64,000 nucleotides of DNA. It comes from a virus. Location of the stretch: IMG/VR virus record IMGVR_UViG_3300001846_000239, positions 14,281 to 78,280 of that record; one strand, given 5' to 3'. The translations under genes and the position numbers were made by a program. This document shows positions 37,115-44,476 of this stretch, one piece after another (position 1 is the stretch's first letter; the number at the start of each line of letters is the position of its first letter). The notes below the pieces were generated by a model. It saw nothing but the letters and a program-made list of their open reading frames with translations, was not told the DNA's origin and did no database searches.

Positions 37115-37732
37115 ATGCAAAGGTTTAAAGATATTAAAGAATTAAAAGGTATAGTTGAAAATTACGACTATATCAACGAAATGACTGATACTCAACTTGA
37201 CGAGTATGTTAGAGGTTTAAGCGAAGAACAGCTTGACGAATTAATCGGTAGGTTGGTAAAAGGCGTTGGTAGACTAGCGGCTAAAGGTGCTAAAGCTGGT
37301 GGTAGCCTAGCAGTTAAGGGAGCCAAGGCCGGAGCCAAAAGAATGTCTGCTGACGGTAGAGCCGCTGCTGCTGAAAAGAAAGCTGCTAAACTAGAAAAGA
37401 AAAGAAAAGCTTTAGAGCGAATCCAAGCTGCGCGTGATAAAATCAGAGCAGAAAAAGAAGCTATTAAAAAGAAAAAAGATTCAATGCCACCAAATACTTT
37501 GGCTAAACTAAGAGCGAAACTAAAGCAAAAAGTTTCTAAAGTAAATGATGCAGAAAATAAACTAAAAGAATATAAAGAAGAAGACGAGGAAGAAGTAGAA
37601 GAGTCTTCAGCTTCATGGGCTAAGTCTTTAGAGAAGATCGCTAAGCAGAGACAGCTAGATAAAATCTCTGATAAAGATAAAGAAACCTTAATGAAGATTG
37701 CTGCAATGATGGCTAAAGAAAAGAAGAAGTAA
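37115..37732 (+). CDS. Lys/Ala-rich putative internal/core protein
   Basis: Leader MQRFKDIKE; repeated LxE sites. Confidence 0.6.
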   Translation: MQRFKDIKELKGIVENYDYINEMTDTQLDEYVRGLSEEQLDELIGRLVKGVGRLAAKGAKAGGSLAVKGAKAGAKRMSADGRAAAAEKKAAKLEKKRKALERIQAARDKIRAEKEAIKKKKDSMPPNTLAKLRAKLKQKVSKVNDAENKLKEYKEEDEEEVEESSASWAKSLEKIAKQRQLDKISDKDKETLMKIAAMMAKEKKK

Positions 37733-37733
37733 T

Positions 37734-37970
37734 ATGAAATCTTTTAAAGAACAAGCTAATTTAGATGAAGCTCCATTAGTCATGAAAGACTTAGATATGG
37801 TTAAGACTTTATTTCATAAAATTGAATCAGACTTAGCAAAAAATGTAAGATCCAATAAAAGTGAAAAGAACTGGCCTATTCTAAAGCAATTAGCTAGTAT
37901 TGCAGGTTATGGTATTACTAAAAAAGGCCAGACTTCAGGCAAGTCTTACAGATATGATTTAAAAAAATGA
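37734..37970 (+). CDS. Small putative internal protein
   Basis: Leader MKSFKEQANLDEA. Confidence 0.6.
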   Translation: MKSFKEQANLDEAPLVMKDLDMVKTLFHKIESDLAKNVRSNKSEKNWPILKQLASIAGYGITKKGQTSGKSYRYDLKK

Positions 37971-38485
37971 TTACGTTTAAAGACTACATTACTGAGCAAA
38001 AAAAGATTAAGTGGCTTAAAAAGCCCGATGGCTATATTGGTAATAATAAAAAAGTATTTAAACACGTTTCTTCAGATGGTAAGTTTGAGATTCGTTTATC
38101 TGGTATGGATAGTTCTCGTAAGAACAAAGATGGTAGTCAGAAAGTAATGCCTACATTGTTTGATATGAGTGGCCATACACCAAGGCATCCAGTTACAGCA
38201 TATAAAAATGTAGCTGCAGCTAAGAAAGATGCTCAAATATGGGCAGATAGACATTGGACTATTACTGAAGGCGAAGGTAAATATAAAGGCGAAACATGGG
38301 AAGATGGTTATAAAAGGCGAGTTGTAAAAACAACCGATCCTGAGCATAAAGAAAAAGGATATAATTGGAGAATCAAAGGCAAAGAAAGACCTGAGATTTC
38401 AATTAAATTATATAAACAAAAACCAGATTTTGCTGAATTTAAAAAGCAAATGAAGCGAGTTGCGGGGCACGAATTCGGTGGATAG
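37967..38485 (+). CDS. Putative internal protein, two ITE-delimited modules
   Basis: Leader MITFKDYITEQ; second ITEGEG site. Confidence 0.6.
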   Translation: MITFKDYITEQKKIKWLKKPDGYIGNNKKVFKHVSSDGKFEIRLSGMDSSRKNKDGSQKVMPTLFDMSGHTPRHPVTAYKNVAAAKKDAQIWADRHWTITEGEGKYKGETWEDGYKRRVVKTTDPEHKEKGYNWRIKGKERPEISIKLYKQKPDFAEFKKQMKRVAGHEFGG

Positions 38486-39146
38486 TTTTAAAGAACATTA
38501 TGATATAATGGAAGGTGTTAATGATCCTGCTATATTTAAAGCAATATTTTTAGCAGGTGGCCCAGGAAGCGGTAAATCGTTTGTTGTGGGTAAAACATCT
38601 TTGATGGCATTAGGATTTAAATTAATTAATTCCGATGATGCCTTTGAAAAAGGTTTGAAAAAAGCTGGATTGACAATGAATCCAGAAGATATATTTTCAG
38701 TTCAAGGCCAGGAAGTAAGAGCTAAAGCGAAAGCGCTTACTGGTAAAAAAATGAATATGGCTTTGAGAGGAAGAAACGGCATTGTAATCGATGGTACTGG
38801 TAAAGACTATGCTAAGATTAAAAAGCAAGTTGATATGCTAAGAAATATCGGTTATGCTGTTCATATGATTTTTGTAAATACAGATTTAGAAACAGCTTTA
38901 GACAGAAATCAGTCTAGACCAAGAAGTCTACCTGATGCGGAAGTCGAAAAGATGTGGAAAAATGTACAAAAGAATATCGGTAAATTCCAAGGGCTATTTA
39001 GGAATAGACTGATTATTGTTGATAACTCTAAGGGAGCAGATATTGAAACTGCAACTTTAGAAGCTTATAAAGATATTATGGCATGGTCAAAAAGACCACC
39101 CGAAAACGCAATAGCAATTAAATGGATAAAGAGTCAAACAAAATGA
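38478..39146 (+). CDS. P-loop kinase (PNK/zeta-toxin-like)
   Basis: GTG start, leader MDSFKEHYDIMEG; GGPGSGKS, NSDD, IDGTG, RN.SR.R lid. Confidence 0.75.
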   Translation: MDSFKEHYDIMEGVNDPAIFKAIFLAGGPGSGKSFVVGKTSLMALGFKLINSDDAFEKGLKKAGLTMNPEDIFSVQGQEVRAKAKALTGKKMNMALRGRNGIVIDGTGKDYAKIKKQVDMLRNIGYAVHMIFVNTDLETALDRNQSRPRSLPDAEVEKMWKNVQKNIGKFQGLFRNRLIIVDNSKGADIETATLEAYKDIMAWSKRPPENAIAIKWIKSQTK

Positions 39147-39352
39147 AAAATTTTAAAACAATAAGAGAAGCCTTGAAGAATCCTTACAAAGGAAAACCAG
39201 AACGTGATCTAAAGCGCAAGCTCGATTCCTTTGAATCGCAACTTCAAGACTTAATTAAAAAGAGTCGAGGACGTCAGCGAAGAGAAATCGAAGGTGAAAT
39301 CCGAGATATGGAAACAAAAGTGCAACAGGTTAGAGCTGCACTAAAGGATTAA
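39143..39352 (+). CDS. Small coiled-coil putative internal protein
   Basis: Leader MKNFKTIREA. Confidence 0.55.
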   Translation: MKNFKTIREALKNPYKGKPERDLKRKLDSFESQLQDLIKKSRGRQRREIEGEIRDMETKVQQVRAALKD

Positions 39353-39356
39353 TATA

Positions 39357-39725
39357 ATGCATTCTTTTTTAGAACATATAGAAGAGAGGTTTGGTCTATA
39401 TGAAGGTGTTCATGTACCATTGGAACAACCAATGATTGAAATCGAAGAGCAAGAGCTGAATAAGCCAAAACGCTCTAGCGGTAAAAAGAAGTATGTAGTA
39501 TATGTTAAAAATCCTAAAACAGGGAATATTAAGAAAATAGAATTTGGGGACGAAAAAGGTGGTCTTACTTCAAAAATTAACGATAGAGAAGCAGCTAGAA
39601 ACTTCGCATCACGACATAACTGCGATACGAAGACAGATAAATTATCTCCAGGATATTGGGCTTGCAGATTGCCTAAATATGCGAAAGACTTGGGACTTAA
39701 AGGCGGTGGAAACTATTTTTGGTAA
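39357..39725 (+). CDS. Basic putative internal protein
   Basis: Leader MHSFLEHIEE; KKIEFG...NFASRHNC...YWAC. Confidence 0.6.
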   Translation: MHSFLEHIEERFGLYEGVHVPLEQPMIEIEEQELNKPKRSSGKKKYVVYVKNPKTGNIKKIEFGDEKGGLTSKINDREAARNFASRHNCDTKTDKLSPGYWACRLPKYAKDLGLKGGGNYFW

Positions 39726-39996
39726 GCCATATTGGGAAAACGGAGAAATTCGTATCTTCGACCCTACGGTTGAGGATAGCGAATTTGTTTGGCATAGAGA
39801 TGATGAAAACAGAGAAATAGAGATTTTAGAAGGCGAGGGTTGGCAATTCCAACTTCAAGGTTGTTTACCTTGGCTTTTAAAAAAGGGTATGGTATTTAGA
39901 ATTACTAAATTAGAATATCATCGATTAATAAAAGGCGTTACGCCACTAAAATGTAGGGTGTGTAGATATGACCACAGCAGCACAACAACGGGCTGA
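39706..39996 (+). CDS. Small cupin-like protein
   Basis: Probable GTG start 39706; WHRD...IEILEG.GW.F...YHRLIKG. Confidence 0.5.
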   Translation: METIFGKPYWENGEIRIFDPTVEDSEFVWHRDDENREIEILEGEGWQFQLQGCLPWLLKKGMVFRITKLEYHRLIKGVTPLKCRVCRYDHSSTTTG

Positions 39997-40267
39997 ACAA
40001 GCGGCAAGACTTGACAGAATCGAAGAAAAAATCGATAAAATGTCAGACGTTATTATTTCTTTAGCAAGAGCTGAAGAAAGAATTGCTACTATGGCCGAAT
40101 TTGGTAAACAACAAGGAGAGCAGATTCTAACTCTTATAAATAGAGTTGATAGGCTTGAAATATTGGTGAGGGAGAATGCCCAAACCGTAAACGTAATTAA
40201 TAAATTATTCTGGATAGTAATTGCTGGCGCCGCCACAGCTATCACAGGAATGCTTTTCATACAATAG
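39968..40267 (+). CDS. Coiled-coil protein with C-terminal TM
   Basis: RLDRIEEKIDK...LARAEERI; hydrophobic C-terminus. Confidence 0.6.
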   Translation: MTTAAQQRAEQAARLDRIEEKIDKMSDVIISLARAEERIATMAEFGKQQGEQILTLINRVDRLEILVRENAQTVNVINKLFWIVIAGAATAITGMLFIQ

Positions 40268-40277
40268 GAGAACTAAT

Positions 40278-40988
40278 ATGAAACTTAAAGATGCAAAAAC
40301 TTTGAGCATTGCTGAGGCCGTTAGCGATGTACTCGAAGGTAAAGTAAAAAAGGAAGAAGTAAAATATCCACACGATATGTTTCATCCAGAAACTGGTGAG
40401 AAAGAAGTAGCCAAAAACGAAGCAGAGCATAAAGCCCTTGCTAAGAAAGGTTACACTCACGAGAAACCAGAAGTTGACGAAGTAGCAGAGCCTAAAGCTA
40501 AAGGTGAAAAAGACTTTAAAGACGCTCATGTTGCAGCTGTGTCTGGTGAAAAAGAAGATGGTACAGTTGTTAAAGAAGCTGAAGAAAAAGAAGAAGAAGA
40601 AGAAGAAGAAGTTGAAGAAGCTAAATCTAAGTTTTCAAAGTCGCTTCTTAAGAAAGCAAGTGACATCGCTCTTTCAATGAGTGGTAACATGACTGGTGCT
40701 GTTAAGAAAATCGAAAAAATTAAAAAAGGTTTGTCTGACGACCCAGAAGTTAAAGCTGCATTGCAACTAGCTAACGAAGAAGTAACTAAAGAAATTATGG
40801 ATGAAGCTTATGCAATGAATGAAGCCAAAGATAAAGTTGCAGAAGATAAAGAAAGATATCAAAAATTCTTCCAAAAAGCACTGAAAAAGTTTGGTGTTGA
40901 TTCACCTGCTCAACTCAAAGGTGATAAAAAGAAAGAGTTTTTTGATTACGTAGATGCAAACTACGAGGCTGATGACGAAGAAGACTAA
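40278..40988 (+). CDS. Acidic prohead-core/scaffold-like protein
   Basis: SD AGGAG; Glu/Lys-rich with many xxE sites; C-terminal YQKFF..ALKKFGV.SP..L...KKEFF. Confidence 0.55.
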   Translation: MKLKDAKTLSIAEAVSDVLEGKVKKEEVKYPHDMFHPETGEKEVAKNEAEHKALAKKGYTHEKPEVDEVAEPKAKGEKDFKDAHVAAVSGEKEDGTVVKEAEEKEEEEEEEVEEAKSKFSKSLLKKASDIALSMSGNMTGAVKKIEKIKKGLSDDPEVKAALQLANEEVTKEIMDEAYAMNEAKDKVAEDKERYQKFFQKALKKFGVDSPAQLKGDKKKEFFDYVDANYEADDEED

Positions 40989-41010
40989 AATTATCTGATA
41001 TAGATAATAT

Positions 41011-41382
41011 ATGATGAAAATATTTGACGAGTTGACAAACAGGAACTTTGAGCTCTATGCGTCACAGCATTACAATAACCCGGAATGCTGTGACGTTGAA
41101 GAGTTCAAGGAAGATTTAACCAGGTTTAAGTATCTAAAAAGATTACTTAGACGCTATGAGCAATCTGGTGATCTGCAAGAGCGATTAATACTAAATCACA
41201 TTATTGTTATTTTTAATGTATTTGGTATTAAAGCAGCAAATAGAATGATTTGGTTCAAAGTAGAACCTGAACATTATTCTACGCTAAAAACATTTTTAGT
41301 GTTCTTGCATTATATGCCAGAGGATTATAAAGTAGAAATCCCTCTAGATAAAAACGTTATTGAGAGGTTAAGGAAAATTTAA
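41011..41382 (+). CDS. Conserved T4-like hypothetical protein
   Basis: YASQHY.NP.C...EF.EDL.RFKY.KRLL, ERLILNHII. Confidence 0.7.
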   Translation: MMKIFDELTNRNFELYASQHYNNPECCDVEEFKEDLTRFKYLKRLLRRYEQSGDLQERLILNHIIVIFNVFGIKAANRMIWFKVEPEHYSTLKTFLVFLHYMPEDYKVEIPLDKNVIERLRKI

Positions 41383-41975
41383 TGAGTATAGTATCAAGAA
41401 CAGCTGATTTATTCTATGCGTTTAGATTCCTAAAGCTATTAGTAACGCCTTGGGAAAAAACTACTGCATTTGAATTAGGCATTATCGATAAAGATGGTAA
41501 CACCTTAAAGAAAAGCAAAGATAGAACTACTTCTCAAGAAAGGTCTGCATATACTGTTTTTCATAGATTAGTATTTAATCTGAAAAGACTATTGGGCAAA
41601 GTGCCAGGTGGTTCATCAAGATTAGCTACTTATGCTTCGGCTTTGTTTTTAATTAAAGAACATGCTAATCTAACTGAAGATGAAATCAGAGATGTACTAA
41701 ACAATATATTTGAAGATCTTGAAGAAACAATTGATCTATCAGAAAGTAGTGCATGGTTTGAAAAGAATAATAAACTTGCGCCAGGAACTTATAAGCTGGT
41801 TCAAGAAGTAGCATCACCACAAACTGGTGAAGTTATTGCGCATATAAATACTAATGTTAAGGCATTAGATTTTGTAGAACCTCACGGTTCTATATTTGGT
41901 TTAAATGTATACCAAGTGGAACATACATTAACAAAACAAAAAATACTTATTACGAGTATGGATATAAAAAGATGA
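41382..41975 (+). CDS. Conserved T4-like hypothetical protein
   Basis: FRFLKLL.TPWEK..AF.LGIID..G. Confidence 0.7.
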   Translation: MSIVSRTADLFYAFRFLKLLVTPWEKTTAFELGIIDKDGNTLKKSKDRTTSQERSAYTVFHRLVFNLKRLLGKVPGGSSRLATYASALFLIKEHANLTEDEIRDVLNNIFEDLEETIDLSESSAWFEKNNKLAPGTYKLVQEVASPQTGEVIAHINTNVKALDFVEPHGSIFGLNVYQVEHTLTKQKILITSMDIKR

Positions 41976-42184
41976 AGACATTTAAAGACATGTGGGAAGA
42001 CGCGGCAGCTACATCAGTAGCGTCAGGTGACATTGCTTTACCTGCCGATGCAGTTCATGATAAAAAGAAAAAGAAAAAAGATTTGTATGACGGGAGAACG
42101 AAAGCCGGTCGTGCGTTCATAGAAAGGATATTGGCTAGAAGAAAAGCCGCTGAACAGAAAAGGATCGATAATGAAGAAGTTTAA
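41972..42184 (+). CDS. Small putative internal protein
   Basis: Leader MKTFKDMWEDA; DGRTK motif. Confidence 0.6.
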   Translation: MKTFKDMWEDAAATSVASGDIALPADAVHDKKKKKKDLYDGRTKAGRAFIERILARRKAAEQKRIDNEEV

Positions 42185-42401
42185 TGATATTAGAGAAGAC
42201 GCTTTTGATAAATCAAAAGAAAAGAATGTTGACCAACTGAATAAAAAGCTTCAGAGTATGTCTCAGCATATTAACAACTTAGAAAAGTTGGACAAGCAAG
42301 GTGAAGGCAAAGGCGAAATGGCTAAAGAGATTAAAGTCTTCAAATCTAAATTCTTTGAACTGAATAAGGCTTTAGCAAAATTAGAAAATAGATTAGTGTA
42401 A
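42171..42401 (+). CDS. Small coiled-coil putative internal protein
   Basis: Leader MKKFNDIREDA. Confidence 0.55.
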   Translation: MKKFNDIREDAFDKSKEKNVDQLNKKLQSMSQHINNLEKLDKQGEGKGEMAKEIKVFKSKFFELNKALAKLENRLV

Positions 42402-42405
42402 AATT

Positions 42406-42798
42406 ATGTCAAAAATATTGATTGGAATTATTGTTGCTATGGGTTTGTCAGGTATATTATATTACCAATTCTCCGTAGTACCTATGAAAAATAAAATCGA
42501 AGAACAGGGTAAGGTTATCCTTGCCCAAGATCTTCGTAATCAAGAACAAATTGCTACAATCGAAGCAATTCAGACTCGGATGGAGCAAACTACAATTGCT
42601 CTGACCGACATGCAAAACGAAAATCAAAGAATTGAAGCAGAAATGTCAGAATATCTTGATATATTCAGACGACATAATACTACTAAATTAGCAAGTGCTA
42701 AACCTGGATTGATGGAAAAACGAATTAATAATGCAACCAAGGGGGTATTCGATGCAATTGAAAATGATAGCAAGCGCATTTCTAGTCTTAATGATTAG
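42406..42798 (+). CDS. i-spanin-like protein
   Basis: N-terminal TM plus coiled coil; overlaps downstream lipoprotein. Confidence 0.65.
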   Translation: MSKILIGIIVAMGLSGILYYQFSVVPMKNKIEEQGKVILAQDLRNQEQIATIEAIQTRMEQTTIALTDMQNENQRIEAEMSEYLDIFRRHNTTKLASAKPGLMEKRINNATKGVFDAIENDSKRISSLND

Positions 42799-43249
42799 TG
42801 GATGTAGCTTACTCCAACAACCTCCAAGAGAAGTAGAAATAATCACAAAACCGGTTCAAATTGAAATTGTTCAACCGGTAATGCCAAGACCATTAGATTT
42901 AAAAGAACCAAAATGGTATGTAGTTTCTGACTCTGTAATCATTGAAGAATGTATTAGGAATCAAGAAACTAAAGAAAGAGATTGTAAACTGGGTAAGGAA
43001 GATTTGTATCCTGAGGGATACACATATCTAGACCGGTTTATTGATAGTATAAAAAAGAAGCACGGAGGCGATATTGTATTTGTCGCAATGACTGTTGATG
43101 ATTATGAATTAATGTCCTATAATACTCAGGAAATTAAAAGATATATAAATCAATTAGGTGAAGTTATAGTGTATTACAGGAATGTAACAATAGGTGATGA
43201 AGATGCTGGAGCAGTTGAAATTAAAGTGGAGAAAAAGGAAGATGAGTAG
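42764..43249 (+). CDS. o-spanin-like lipoprotein
   Basis: Signal MIASAFLVLMISGC lipobox, Pro-rich segment. Confidence 0.65.
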   Translation: MIASAFLVLMISGCSLLQQPPREVEIITKPVQIEIVQPVMPRPLDLKEPKWYVVSDSVIIEECIRNQETKERDCKLGKEDLYPEGYTYLDRFIDSIKKKHGGDIVFVAMTVDDYELMSYNTQEIKRYINQLGEVIVYYRNVTIGDEDAGAVEIKVEKKEDE

Positions 43250-43997
43250 AATGAAAGATAAATTAACGGTATGGCAAAGGGCAGAGATAGCAGCTAAGTT
43301 ATCAGCCATTGCTTATATGAACCCAAAACCAGCTGAAACTGCATGTAAGAAATTAGGATTTGCGTCAGGAAAGATTATTAGTAGAGACGGTGCAGAGGTA
43401 CTAATCGCAAAGGATAGAAACGATTTGTGGTTTGCTTTTAGAGGAACAGAACCATCAAAACTAAATGATGTGATGGCCGATCTAAAAGTAATTAAAAATA
43501 CTGCCAAAGCTGGTGGTAAAGTCCATGGCGGATTTCAAGAAGAAGTCAACGACCTATGGATGGATATTGTAAAAGAACTAGAACATAACGATCAACTTAA
43601 GGTAAGAAAAGATGTATACTTTACTGGTCATAGTCTTGGTGCTGCTATGGCTACCATTAGCGCAACGCGTTATCAACCGGAAGAATTGTTTACGTTCGGA
43701 TCCCCGAGGGTCGGAGGTAAATACTTCATCAAGAATATAAAGTGTGATCATTATAGGTTTATGAACAATAATGATATTGTTTGTAGAATCCCACCGGCTT
43801 GGTTGGGTTTTAAGCATCATGGAGAAATGATTTATTTCGATAGAAATGGAAGTAGAGCTTTAAAACCAACTTGGGCTGATATGTTTTACGGTATTTTAAA
43901 TAGCTGGAAAAGATTTAAATTCTTTGACGGAATTGTAGATCACGGAATGCCTAATTATGTAAAGGCTATTAAGAAATTTGCTAAGGAAGCAGAATAA
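43242..43997 (+). CDS. Class 3 lipase (alpha/beta hydrolase)
   Basis: AFRGTE, VHGGF, GHSLG, FGSPRVG, DIV..IPP, DH. Confidence 0.88.
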   Translation: MSRMKDKLTVWQRAEIAAKLSAIAYMNPKPAETACKKLGFASGKIISRDGAEVLIAKDRNDLWFAFRGTEPSKLNDVMADLKVIKNTAKAGGKVHGGFQEEVNDLWMDIVKELEHNDQLKVRKDVYFTGHSLGAAMATISATRYQPEELFTFGSPRVGGKYFIKNIKCDHYRFMNNNDIVCRIPPAWLGFKHHGEMIYFDRNGSRALKPTWADMFYGILNSWKRFKFFDGIVDHGMPNYVKAIKKFAKEAE

Positions 43998-44113
43998 TGG
44001 ATCCCGTAAATGCTTGGAATAGTCTAACATATGTCGACGGTGTATTATTCACCGTTTGGCTTGGTATACTTTATTACGGAAAATGCTGGATAGACAGCAA
44101 ATTTAAGGATTAA
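43997..44113 (+). CDS. Small membrane peptide (38 aa)
   Basis: Read by hand: MDPVNAWNSLTYVDGVLFTVWLGILYYGKCWIDSKFKD; TAATG coupling. Confidence 0.5.
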   Translation: MDPVNAWNSLTYVDGVLFTVWLGILYYGKCWIDSKFKD

Positions 44114-44115
44114 CA

Positions 44116-44415
44116 ATGAGCTGGCTTATAACACTTACACTAAAATCAATTTTGTCTTCTATTATTGGTAGTTCTTTTTACGCTTGGTTTCAAGGCACAA
44201 CACTTGGCATCTGGTTTCAAAAGCAAGTAGATAAATTTATGCAGTACTTTGCAGAGAAGTATGAACTAGAATTAATGAAAAAAGATGCAAAGTTTAGAAA
44301 ACAGTATCCACTTCAGGCTGAAAGATTAGATCATCTTGAAGCTGATGTGCAGACCTTCTTTGAACTTCCAATAGTTCAAAAGGCCCTTCAGGCTGAATTA
44401 AAAAAGAAAAAATAA
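44116..44415 (+). CDS. Membrane protein with N-terminal TM
   Basis: Hydrophobic first 30 aa, charged C-terminus. Confidence 0.55.
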   Translation: MSWLITLTLKSILSSIIGSSFYAWFQGTTLGIWFQKQVDKFMQYFAEKYELELMKKDAKFRKQYPLQAERLDHLEADVQTFFELPIVQKALQAELKKKK

Positions 44416-44418
44416 CTA

Positions 44419-44447
44419 TGTACAAAATTTAGCTTTCGTGTTATAAT
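44419..44447 (+). promoter_or_regulatory. Early promoter for nrdA operon
   Basis: TGTACA-17 nt-TATAAT. Confidence 0.8.
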
Positions 44448-44476
44448 ATATAATATTATTATTTAACTAACTGACA

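Noticed and set aside
40575-40622. (GAA)n microsatellite-like run
   Set aside because: It simply encodes the poly-Glu stretch of an acidic core-like protein.
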